Of a stretch of DNA of 64,000 nucleotides, positions 52,143-60,641 are shown in pieces. This stretch comes from Brevundimonas sp. GTDB lineage: Bacteria; Pseudomonadota; Alphaproteobacteria; Caulobacterales; Caulobacteraceae. The first letter of the stretch is position 1, and every line of letters begins with the position of its first letter. The stretch lies in assembly GCF_965262535.1 (NCBI RefSeq), contig NZ_OZ253542.1, one strand, 5' to 3'. Below the pieces are notes generated by a model. The model searched no databases and was not told the DNA's origin. It saw only the letters and a program-made list of their open reading frames with translations. A program made the translations under genes and the position numbers.

Positions 52143-52353
52143 GCCCGCCCCGCCTCGGCCCTGCCGTCATCCGGATACCGTAATGAGCGCACCCTATTCC
52201 AAATAAATGATGGACGCATGACACCGAACGCCGTCGTCTTTGGTCGGCCCGTACTCTTCAAAGTCATCACCGACTTGCGGTCCGCCTCAATGACGGAGCA
52301 AACTCGTTGAAGCTCGCGAGACTGCAGTTAGATGTGTCGCGCAGTAAATCTAG

Positions 52354-53031
52354 CTACATCAAGCCCAAGATGGTTTCCGCCGCCTTCAGGCTGTGCGGCA
52401 GTCCGATGTCGATGAAGGCGCCGGTCTTGATTTCGGCGCCGAGCAGGCCGTCGGCGCACAATGTTGGCAGCGTGTCTTTTTCCAGCGAGGCGCGGCCGCG
52501 AACATCGGCGAAGGCGCCTCGCCTCAGACGATAGACGCCGCCGTTGATGACGCCGTACGGCAGGTCGGCGCGCGGGCGGATGGCGACGACGCGGCCGTCG
52601 CGGATGTCGAGGGTTTCGTAGCGATCCGCCGGCGAAACGTCGCGCGCGGCGATCAAGCTGGAAAATCCGTCGGAAAGCCGCAGGTCGGACCAGTCGAAAT
52701 CGAACCAGGTGTCGCCGTTGACCAGCAGAAAGTCGTCGCGCAGCATCGGCGCGGCGTGGGCGACGGCGCCGGCCGTGTCGAGTGGTTCCGGCTCTATCGA
52801 CAGTCTCAGCGGAACGCCGCGCCATTGCCCGGCATAGGCCTCGACCGCCTGATGCCGATAGCCGGCCAACAGGATCAACTCGTCGAACCCCTCGCGCACG
52901 GCCTTGTCCAGCAGGTGTTCGATGAAGGGTCGTCCGGCCACCGGCAACAACGGCTTGGGCGTGTCGAGCGTCAGGTCGCCCAGGCGCGAACCCCGACCGC
53001 CGACCAGAAAGACCGCCTGCCCCGCACTCAT
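52354..53031 (-). CDS. Sugar-1-phosphate nucleotidyltransferase (HddC-like heptose-1-P guanylyltransferase)
   Basis: VGGRGSRLGDLTLDTPKPLL, EPEPLDTAGA, NGDTWF, INGGVY, FIDIG. Confidence 0.85.
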   Translation of the reverse strand: MSAGQAVFLVGGRGSRLGDLTLDTPKPLLPVAGRPFIEHLLDKAVREGFDELILLAGYRHQAVEAYAGQWRGVPLRLSIEPEPLDTAGAVAHAAPMLRDDFLLVNGDTWFDFDWSDLRLSDGFSSLIAARDVSPADRYETLDIRDGRVVAIRPRADLPYGVINGGVYRLRRGAFADVRGRASLEKDTLPTLCADGLLGAEIKTGAFIDIGLPHSLKAAETILGLM

Positions 53032-54086
53032 CGCGGCACGCTCCACGCCTCGGCGCCGTCCAGGGTGAACTTGACGGCGCTGGCCGCCCCGCCCGCCTCG
53101 TTCAGCGCCGCGGTCAGCCGATAGCGGTTTTCGGGATCGGTGCAGAACATCAGAAAGCCCCCGCCGCCCGCGCCCGACACCTTGCCGCCCCATGCGCCCT
53201 CGCGCAGCGCCAGGTCGAACAGATGATCGACCTTGGGCGTGGCGATCCCCGAGGCCGTCATCTTCTTGGCCTCCCACGAGCGCATCAGCACGCGGGCGAC
53301 GCGGCGCATGTCGCCTTCCAGCACAGCCTCCTTCATCGCCGTCGCGTCCTGTTTCAGGCGATGCATGCCGTCCAGAACGCCGACGTCCAGGTCGGTCAGC
53401 CCCCTCACCTGCTCGTTGATGATGGTTTCGGACCGCCGCGACTGGCCGGTGAAACAGACGACCAGCGAGGATTCCAGCTCGTTCAGATAGGCGCGTCGGA
53501 CGCGCAGCGGGTTCACGACCACCCGTTCCTCGGCCAGAAACTCGATGTAGTTCACGCCGCCGAAGGCCGCCGCATACTGGTCCTGCCGCCCGCCGGACAG
53601 ACCCAGTTCGACCCGCTCGATCCGATAGGCCAGACGCGCCACGTCATAGGGGCCGAGCGGCAGATCCAACGCCACCCGAAACGCCTCGACCAAGGCCACG
53701 ACCAGGGCCGACGACGACCCAAGCCCTGAACCGGCCGGTGCGTCCGAGGTGGTGGAGACCGTCAAGGGCGGCGTCGCCCCGCCCAGCCAATGTTCGGCGA
53801 CGTGCCGATAGACCGCGCGGTGCAGCGCCAGATCACCCCCGTCGACTGGCGGCAAGACCGGGGCCATCACCTCCTCGACGCCGATGTCGCGCGCGCGGAA
53901 GGCAAGGCGGCCTTCAGGGTTCTGCTCGATGTGCGCGAAGGCGAAACGGTCGATGGTGGCGTTCAGAACCGCGCCGCCGAACTGATCGCAATAGGGCGAC
54001 AGATCGGTGCCGCCGCCGGCCAGGCCGAGCCGCAACGGCGCACGCGCCCGCACGCCCCAGTTCGGCGTCTGCCCGGCGCGCACCAT
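53028..54086 (-). CDS. D-glycero-D-manno-heptose 7-phosphate kinase (HddA-like GHMP kinase)
   Basis: RAPLRLGLAGGGTDL, PAGSGLGSSS, GGRQDQYAAAFGG, GKVSGAGGGGF. Confidence 0.88.
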   Translation of the reverse strand: MVRAGQTPNWGVRARAPLRLGLAGGGTDLSPYCDQFGGAVLNATIDRFAFAHIEQNPEGRLAFRARDIGVEEVMAPVLPPVDGGDLALHRAVYRHVAEHWLGGATPPLTVSTTSDAPAGSGLGSSSALVVALVEAFRVALDLPLGPYDVARLAYRIERVELGLSGGRQDQYAAAFGGVNYIEFLAEERVVVNPLRVRRAYLNELESSLVVCFTGQSRRSETIINEQVRGLTDLDVGVLDGMHRLKQDATAMKEAVLEGDMRRVARVLMRSWEAKKMTASGIATPKVDHLFDLALREGAWGGKVSGAGGGGFLMFCTDPENRYRLTAALNEAGGAASAVKFTLDGAEAWSVPR

Positions 54087-55093
54087 CACAGGGGCGTTTC
54101 CTCCATCTGGCGCGAACCGGTTCGGTCGATGCAATAGCGCAGACGCGGCATGTTCTGGCTGGCCATATAGGCCTCAAGCTCGGCGCCGTCGCCGGGCTGG
54201 AACAGCATCAGAAAGCCGCCGCCGCCCGCGCCGATCACTTTGCCCCCGGTCACCCCCATGTCCCGCTTCACATGGTCATACAGGTCGTCGACGGCGGACC
54301 AGCTGATCTTGCCCGACAGCTTCTTCTTCTGGGTCCAGTGTTCGTCCAGCATCCGGCCCCAGCCGTCCAGATCACCCGCCGTCCAGGCGTCGCGGATGCG
54401 GTAGCCCAGATCCTTGATGAACCCCAGGCTGTCGCCGACCGTCTCGCGGCGCGGCGCGGCCTCGGACAACATCGCCGTGTGCTGGTCGGCCAAAACCACG
54501 GCGGCGTCGCGGCGCAGGCCGGTGTAATAGATGTGGGTGTGTGCGATGAAGGACGCCTCGACCTCGGCGTCCAGATCGACCCGCTTGACCGCCACCCGCC
54601 CGTCCGGCGCGATGTCCAGCGTGGTAAGCCCGCCAAAGGCCGCCATATATTGGTCCTGCTTGCCGATGCCTTTGTTCAGGACGCGGATCTCCAGATCGCA
54701 GGCTTCCTCGGCCAGGGCCTGAGGCGACGGCTGCTGACCTTTCATGCCGTGCAGGGCGTTCAGGAAGCCGACCAAAAAGCTGGACGACGACCCCAGCCCA
54801 GTGCCGCCGGCGATGTCGGCCAGGGACGCGGTTTCCAGACGATCGTCGAAGCCGTGCGCCATCAGGGCGGCGCGCACCAGCTCATGCTGCACCTCGGTCG
54901 CGCGCGGCGACACCTCGGGCTGGGGGCCATACACCACCACCCGGTCGTCGAAGGCCGGACGATGGGCGACGACGCGGATGTATTTGTCCAGCGCCATGGC
55001 GAAGATGAAGCCGCCGTCGTTGCGGTAATAGCTTTCCAGATCGGTGCCGCCCCCGCCCAGGGTGACGCGCAGCGGGGTGCGGGTTGTGATCAT
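54086..55093 (-). CDS. Second HddA-like GHMP sugar kinase
   Basis: RTPLRVTLGGGGTDL, GTGLGSSSS, GKQDQYMAAFGG, GGKVIGAGGGGF. TTG at 55108 is an alternative start. Confidence 0.87.
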   Translation of the reverse strand: MITTRTPLRVTLGGGGTDLESYYRNDGGFIFAMALDKYIRVVAHRPAFDDRVVVYGPQPEVSPRATEVQHELVRAALMAHGFDDRLETASLADIAGGTGLGSSSSFLVGFLNALHGMKGQQPSPQALAEEACDLEIRVLNKGIGKQDQYMAAFGGLTTLDIAPDGRVAVKRVDLDAEVEASFIAHTHIYYTGLRRDAAVVLADQHTAMLSEAAPRRETVGDSLGFIKDLGYRIRDAWTAGDLDGWGRMLDEHWTQKKKLSGKISWSAVDDLYDHVKRDMGVTGGKVIGAGGGGFLMLFQPGDGAELEAYMASQNMPRLRYCIDRTGSRQMEETPL

Positions 55094-55104
55094 CGGGCGA
55101 CGGC

Positions 55105-55719
55105 TCAAACGACCGGCGCGGCGACGGGTGCGATCTGCTCCCAGTGGCCCTTGTGCAGCGCCAGGGCCGGATGGGACACCAGCAGGTGCCAGACCACGGC
55201 GGCCAGACCCTCGACCAGCGGCGTGATCAGTTGCGGATCGACCGTCGGCACGATGACACAGGCGTCGGCGACCTGGGCCGTATAGCCGCCGTTGCGCCCG
55301 ACGATCCCCGTGACCATGGCGCCGCGCGTCTTGGCCAGTTGAATGGCGCGCACGATATTGGCGCTGACGGGCGGTTCGATGCTGCCGCCGCCGACCGAGA
55401 AGATCAGCAGGCCGTCTTCGGGCTTCAGGCGGCTGGTCTCCAGCCAGGTCGAAAGCGTGCCTTCCCAGCCCTCGTCATTGATGCGGGCCGTCAGTTCCGA
55501 GACGTTGTCGGTCGGGCAGTAGGCCTCGAAGCCGCAGATTTTGCGGAAATCATTTGTGGCGTGGCTGGCGTGGCCCGCGCTGCCGCCGACGCCGATCAGG
55601 AACAGGCGTCCGCCGCGCTCGCGCACCTCGGCCAGGCGCTGGGCCATGGCTTCGACGGCGTTCCGGTCGATGGCGGCCATGGCCTTTTCGGCGGCGGCGA
55701 AGAAATGGTCGACGAACAT
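55105..55719 (-). CDS. gmhA: Sedoheptulose 7-phosphate isomerase (SIS domain)
   Basis: IGVGGSAGHASHATND, ELTARINDEG, FSVGGG, HLLV. Confidence 0.82.
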   Translation of the reverse strand: MFVDHFFAAAEKAMAAIDRNAVEAMAQRLAEVRERGGRLFLIGVGGSAGHASHATNDFRKICGFEAYCPTDNVSELTARINDEGWEGTLSTWLETSRLKPEDGLLIFSVGGGSIEPPVSANIVRAIQLAKTRGAMVTGIVGRNGGYTAQVADACVIVPTVDPQLITPLVEGLAAVVWHLLVSHPALALHKGHWEQIAPVAAPVV

Positions 55720-55725
55720 GGGATT

Positions 55726-56283
55726 TCAGTCCTGAAAGGCGGGCGCCGGCTCGACCGGCGTGGTTTGAAGAATCCAGGCGACGGCCTGGCGAAGATCGGC
55801 GGCGACCACATCGGCCCCGGCCTGGCTGTTGTAGGGTCGCGCCAGCAGTAAGGTTCGCGACCCGGCGGCGCGGCCGCAGGCGATGTCGCGGTCCATGTCG
55901 CCCACCATCCAGCTGTCGGCCAGATCGATGTCCCAGCGTGCGGCCAGGTCCAGCAGCATTCCGGCCTTGGGCTTGCGGCAATCGCACAGGTCGGCGTTGT
56001 CGTGCAGACAGGCCCGCACCTCGTCCACCGGCACGGACTGGACCAGGGCGGCGTGGATGGCGTCCAGCGCCTCGGCGCTCATCTTGCCGCGTCGCACGTC
56101 GGGCTGATTGGTGACGACGAAGGTCAGATAGCCCGCCTCCTTCAGCGCCCGCACGGCCTCGACCGCCCCGTCCGCAATCCGCAGCTCATCCACGGTGCGC
56201 GGGGACGCCGGCTTGCCGTCGCGCCACACCACGTCGTTCAGAACGCCGTCGCGGTCCAGGAAAATGGCGGGCCGACCTGGCAT
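55726..56283 (-). CDS. gmhB: D-glycero-D-manno-heptose 1,7-bisphosphate phosphatase (HAD-IIIA)
   Basis: FLDRDGVLN, VVTNQ, CLH...CDCRKPKAGML, MVGD. Confidence 0.88.
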   Translation of the reverse strand: MPGRPAIFLDRDGVLNDVVWRDGKPASPRTVDELRIADGAVEAVRALKEAGYLTFVVTNQPDVRRGKMSAEALDAIHAALVQSVPVDEVRACLHDNADLCDCRKPKAGMLLDLAARWDIDLADSWMVGDMDRDIACGRAAGSRTLLLARPYNSQAGADVVAADLRQAVAWILQTTPVEPAPAFQD

Positions 56284-56285
56284 GA

Positions 56286-57041
56286 CTACAGGGTGAATCC
56301 CGCCGCCACCGCATCGGCGCGGAACATGGCCACGGTCTCCAGCGACAGGGCGTCCAGGTCCTTGCCTGCCATGTCCAGCTTCTTGAGGATGTCAGGCGTG
56401 GCGGTGATGATGTGGCAACCGCATTCGGCCGCCTGGAAGACGTTCAGCACTTCGCGGGTCGAGGCCCACAATACTTCGGCCAGCGGCTTGCGCGCGGCCA
56501 TGGCCACGGCAGCCCGCATGACAGGAACAGGATCGACGCCGGTGTCGGCGATCCGCCCGGCGAAGACCGACAGTATGGCGGGCGTGTCATCGGCCAGGAT
56601 TTCGATCGCCTCGGCCACCTGTTCCAGCGTCAGCATGGCGGTGATGTTCAGCTTCACGCCGTCAGCGGCCAGAGCCTTGGCCATCGGCAGGCTGGACTGG
56701 CCCTTCGTGTTGGTGATCGGGATCTTCACATAGACATTGTCGCCCCAGCTGGCGATCAGGCGGGCTTGTCGCTCCATCTCTTCAAAGTCGTCGGAGAAGA
56801 CCTCGAACGACAACGGCATGTCGGGGATCAGGGCGATCAGCTGCCCGGCGAACTGGGCGTAATCCTTGACGCCCGCCTTGAACATCAGGGTCGGATTGGT
56901 CGTGAACCCCGTCACCATCCCCTGCGCATGAAGGCGCGAGAAGTCGGCCAGACTGGCCCCATCTCCGAACAGCTTCAGCCCCTCAATGGACGGCATCGGC
57001 GCGGCCTTCGAGACGATGGGGCGATCGACCTGGGTCAGCAT
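56286..57041 (-). CDS. tal: Small-type transaldolase
   Basis: GFTTNPTLM, SFEVF, VYVKIP, KLNITA, SVFAGRIADTG, LWASTRE. Start could be 56996. Confidence 0.88.
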   Translation of the reverse strand: MLTQVDRPIVSKAAPMPSIEGLKLFGDGASLADFSRLHAQGMVTGFTTNPTLMFKAGVKDYAQFAGQLIALIPDMPLSFEVFSDDFEEMERQARLIASWGDNVYVKIPITNTKGQSSLPMAKALAADGVKLNITAMLTLEQVAEAIEILADDTPAILSVFAGRIADTGVDPVPVMRAAVAMAARKPLAEVLWASTREVLNVFQAAECGCHIITATPDILKKLDMAGKDLDALSLETVAMFRADAVAAGFTL

Positions 57042-57127
57042 GGGGGGAATCCTTCGGAAAACGGTTCGGCCGTGCATCGTCCAAGATGCGTGCCGTAGGC
57101 CGACTGTATCGGTCGCCAAACGACGTC

Positions 57128-57150
57128 GCCTTAACGTAAAAGGTTAAGGC
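57128..57150. promoter_or_regulatory. Perfect palindrome GCCTTAAC-N7-GTTAAGGC upstream of the tal-heptose genes
   Basis: 8 bp arms with a 7 bp AT-rich spacer, in the gap between the GT2 stop (57163) and tal. Confidence 0.55.
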
Positions 57151-57162
57151 TCGCCATGGTCG

Positions 57163-58125
57163 TCAGCCGCTCGTCTCGTCGATGAAACCGACTGGCCGGC
57201 GCCACGTCAGCTTGCCCAATCCATGCTGGGTCAGCAGTCGCCACCTGAGGCGAGAGGTCGAGCGGCGCTCCAGCGTCAGCCAAGACATGACGCCGCCGAC
57301 GGCCATCTGGATTAACCCTTTGCCGAATAATTCCGCCCGCGCCAGCGCCGGACGCCGCGCCCCATCGACATAGATCGAGACGTAGTGTTGCGTTTCGCGA
57401 CGGGTGCGGATCAGCCGATAGGGGATCGCCGTCCGATTTCGGAACACCATTTCGGTGACGCGCGCACGCGCCGCCCAGACGATGCGTCGCCCCTGACGAT
57501 GCAGCCGCACGAACAGTTCGGCGTCCTCGCCCCCCGCATCGCCGAAGGCCTCGCGCATGGCGGCCTGGCCGTCAGGAAAACACCGCCTCATATCGAAGAT
57601 GGAATTGCCGGTGCCCAGGCCATAGCGTGGTCGCCCGGACGGTCCGGTCAGTTCGATTTCCGCCAGATCGGCCAGACCTAGATCCCGCACGAACTGGCGA
57701 CCCTGCGGATCATAGGCCGGCGGCGCGCCGTCCTCGAACACGGCGAAACGGGGGCCCACGGCGATGTCGGCGTCCGTGGCCTTCAGCGCGCCGACCAAGG
57801 CGTCGGTCCAGTCTGGATCGGCCGTCTCGTCGTCGTCGATGACCGCCAGCCAGCGCCCGCGCGCCTCCCTGAAACCGCGATTGCGCAGAGCGGCCATGTT
57901 GCGCGTCAGGTCCGAAACGTAGCGGATCGGCCAGGGTGAACCGGGCGCCAGCGCCGCGACCACCTTCTCCCCCGCCCCGGCCGGATGGTTGTCCACCACG
58001 ACGATTTCCATCGCCAGACCCAGGCTGTTCGTCTGCGCCAGACACGACCGCAGCGTCGCCTCCAGCCCCTTGGGCCGATCATAGGTCAGTATGGCCAGCG
58101 TCAGGTCGGGCGCCGCCTGGCTCAC
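57163..58125 (-). CDS. GT2 glycosyltransferase (ExoM-like)
   Basis: AILTYDRP, VVDNHP, RNRG, IDDDE, GGEDAELF. The GTG start overlaps the upstream stop. Confidence 0.88.
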   Translation of the reverse strand: MSQAAPDLTLAILTYDRPKGLEATLRSCLAQTNSLGLAMEIVVVDNHPAGAGEKVVAALAPGSPWPIRYVSDLTRNMAALRNRGFREARGRWLAVIDDDETADPDWTDALVGALKATDADIAVGPRFAVFEDGAPPAYDPQGRQFVRDLGLADLAEIELTGPSGRPRYGLGTGNSIFDMRRCFPDGQAAMREAFGDAGGEDAELFVRLHRQGRRIVWAARARVTEMVFRNRTAIPYRLIRTRRETQHYVSIYVDGARRPALARAELFGKGLIQMAVGGVMSWLTLERRSTSRLRWRLLTQHGLGKLTWRRPVGFIDETSG

Positions 58126-59072
58126 GCCGACGTCTCCGCGATGAAGCCGATGGGCGCGCGCCAGGTCAGCTTGCCCAAGCCCTTGGCCATGCCGATCCGG
58201 TGATCGTAGCGATGTTTGCGGTCCAGAAACTCGCCCGTCACCACATAGAGGCCGGCGTGGACCGTCGTCTGCGCCAGACCGAGCAGGGCCACCTTGGCCG
58301 TGGTCAGGGGTTTGTTGTCGCTCGTGTCGATCCGGCACACGGCATAGTGCTGCGAGCCGCGCTTCATGCGCGTGATCATATAGTCCGGCCGCGCGCGGCT
58401 GGTCTCGATGAACTCCCGCACCACGGCGTCGGGGCACCAGACGAAGCGGCGGCCCGCCATCGCCAGGCGAAAGAGCAACTGCGTGTCCTCGCCGTTGGCG
58501 TCGCCGAACGCGACGCTGAACGGCTCCGCCCCCTCCAGACACGTCGCGACCCGGAAGGCCGCGTTGCCGCTGCCCAATCCCTTGCCGCGCTTGCGCAGCC
58601 GTCCGAACATATGAATCTGCTCGTCCGCCGGCATCTGGAAATCGAGGGTGTAGCGCCACCCTTCCGGGTCCCAATCCGGCGCGCGTCCGCCCTCGAACTC
58701 AGGCAATTTGGGACCGAAGGCCGCATCGGCCCCTGTGCGGTCCAGACAGGCCGTCAGGGCCGCCAGCCAGCCGGCCTGCGGCTCTTCGTCGTCGTCGATG
58801 AAGGCGACGTAGCGGCCTTGCGCGGCGGCGATCCCCTTGTTGCGAACAATGGAGATGTTGCGGCGCGGATCGGCCAGATAGGTCATGGCCACGCCCGTCT
58901 CGACCGTCAGCCCCTCGACCAACCGCCGCGCCAGCTGATCGGGGTGGTTGTCGACGACGATGATTTCGAACCCGCCCCAGTCGCCACCCTGAACCGCGCA
59001 GCCGCGCAGCGTCCGCTCCAGCAGATGCACCCGGTCATAGCTCAGGATGACGACGCTGATGTCCACGCTCAT
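58122..59072 (-). CDS. GT2 glycosyltransferase (ExoM-like)
   Basis: VILSYDRV, VVDNHP, NISIVRNKG, FIDDDE, NGEDTQL. Confidence 0.88.
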   Translation of the reverse strand: MSVDISVVILSYDRVHLLERTLRGCAVQGGDWGGFEIIVVDNHPDQLARRLVEGLTVETGVAMTYLADPRRNISIVRNKGIAAAQGRYVAFIDDDEEPQAGWLAALTACLDRTGADAAFGPKLPEFEGGRAPDWDPEGWRYTLDFQMPADEQIHMFGRLRKRGKGLGSGNAAFRVATCLEGAEPFSVAFGDANGEDTQLLFRLAMAGRRFVWCPDAVVREFIETSRARPDYMITRMKRGSQHYAVCRIDTSDNKPLTTAKVALLGLAQTTVHAGLYVVTGEFLDRKHRYDHRIGMAKGLGKLTWRAPIGFIAETSA

Positions 59073-59743
59073 GCGCCGGTGCCCCGCAGCACCACCCCGG
59101 CCGTGCGGATCAGGATCCAGACATCCAGACCCAGCGACCAGGTCTCGATATAGCGGATATCCAGCCGCACCCATTCGTCGAAGTCGTTGATCCGATGGCG
59201 CCCTTCGACCTGCCACAGACAGGTGATGCCCGGCTTGACCGCCATCTTGCTCATCTGGAACGGGGTGAAGCGCGCATATTCATGCACGCGCGGCGGGCGC
59301 GGCCCGACCAGGCTCAGGTCGCCCTTCAGCACGCTCCATAACTGCGGGAACTCGTCCAGGCTATAGCGCCGCAGCACACGCCCAAGCGGGGTGATGCGGG
59401 GGTCGTTCTCCATCTTGAAGGCTGGCCCCCGCATCTCGTTCTGGGACTGCAGCGCCTCTTCCTGGCGGTCGGCGTCGACCCCCATGGTTCGGAACTTGTA
59501 GCCTCGAAAACGGCGGCCGGCCTGCCCCACCCAGTCCACGCCATAAAGCGCCGGTCCCGGCGACGTAGTTTTGACCAGAACGGCGATGGCCAGCAACAGC
59601 GGCGAGAGCGCGACCAGCAGGACGGCGGAAATGCCGATGTCCATCAGCCGTTTCAACGCCAGTCCCAGGCGCACGTCCCGTCCGCCCGCCAGACGCGGCA
59701 GGGCGGGTTCTTCGTTCGACAATGGCAAGGCGGCGTCGCTCAT
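59069..59743 (-). CDS. Priming undecaprenyl-phosphate sugar transferase (ExoY/WcaJ C-terminal domain type)
   Basis: KRLMDI, YKFRTM, DPRITPLGRVLRRYSLDEFPQLW, SLVGPRP, KPGITCLWQV. Confidence 0.93.
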   Translation of the reverse strand: MSDAALPLSNEEPALPRLAGGRDVRLGLALKRLMDIGISAVLLVALSPLLLAIAVLVKTTSPGPALYGVDWVGQAGRRFRGYKFRTMGVDADRQEEALQSQNEMRGPAFKMENDPRITPLGRVLRRYSLDEFPQLWSVLKGDLSLVGPRPPRVHEYARFTPFQMSKMAVKPGITCLWQVEGRHRINDFDEWVRLDIRYIETWSLGLDVWILIRTAGVVLRGTGA

Positions 59744-59840
59744 GCCGCCCCTATATCAAGAACCACGCCATGTCGCGCGTCGCCGTTAACGCGGCAAACG
59801 AATTGCAGTTTTCCCCGGCGCAACGCAGAACGGTCGCATC

Positions 59841-60641
59841 ATGAACAGCCTGTCGCCCACCAGCCGTCTCCAGCCGCAGCCCGAGTTGCGTTTCGCCGGC
59901 CTGCGGTTCCATCCGATGACGACGGACCAGACGGTGGCGGCGTTGGCGGCGCGTCCGGCAGACCTGCCCTTCGACATTCTGATCACGCCGAACGCCGAAC
60001 ACGCCTGGCTGCGCCGCAAGGACGCGGCGTTCGACCGCATCAGCGCCCGCGCCTGGCTCAGCACCAACGACAGTCGCGTGCTGCGCAAGGCCGCCGCCAT
60101 CGGCGGCGTCGACCTGGGCTTTGCGCCCGGCTCCCATGTGGTCGAGCGATTGTTCAAGACCGTGATCGCGCCCGCCGACCCCATCACCATCATCGGCGGA
60201 GACGCCTCGGTCATCGCCGATCTGGTCCGTCAGTTCGGCTTGACGCATGTCGCCCACCACAATCCGCCGATGGGTTTCATCCGCGACGCAGCCGCGGTGC
60301 AAACGGCGGTGGAGTTCGTCGTCGCCCACCCCGCCCGCTTCGTCTTCATCGCCATGGGGCCGCCCCAGTCGGAAAAGCTGTGTCTGCGCATCATCGAAGA
60401 CGAACGGTCGACGGGCCTTGGCCTGTGCATCGGCAGTTCGATCACCACCCTGATCGGCCGTACTCCGCCCGCGCCCCCGTGGATGGAGGATCGCGGACTG
60501 GTCTGGCTTTATCGTTTGGTGCGCGAGCCGGGTCGTTTGTGGCGCCGCTATCTGGTGCGCGGCCTCTATGGGCTGGGCCTCGGTCTGATCGATTCCCTCG
60601 CCTTCCGCCTGCGTCTCAAGTCCCCCGGTCCGCGTGACTGA
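59841..60641 (+). CDS. WecB/TagA/CpsF family glycosyltransferase
   Basis: ITPNAEH, FIAMGPPQSE, GLVWLYRLVREPGRLWRRY. Confidence 0.9.
   Translation: MNSLSPTSRLQPQPELRFAGLRFHPMTTDQTVAALAARPADLPFDILITPNAEHAWLRRKDAAFDRISARAWLSTNDSRVLRKAAAIGGVDLGFAPGSHVVERLFKTVIAPADPITIIGGDASVIADLVRQFGLTHVAHHNPPMGFIRDAAAVQTAVEFVVAHPARFVFIAMGPPQSEKLCLRIIEDERSTGLGLCIGSSITTLIGRTPPAPPWMEDRGLVWLYRLVREPGRLWRRYLVRGLYGLGLGLIDSLAFRLRLKSPGPRD

Noticed and set aside
57131-57147. Canonical CtrA box
   Set aside because: The TTAA cores are 9 nt apart rather than 7; kept only as an unassigned palindrome.
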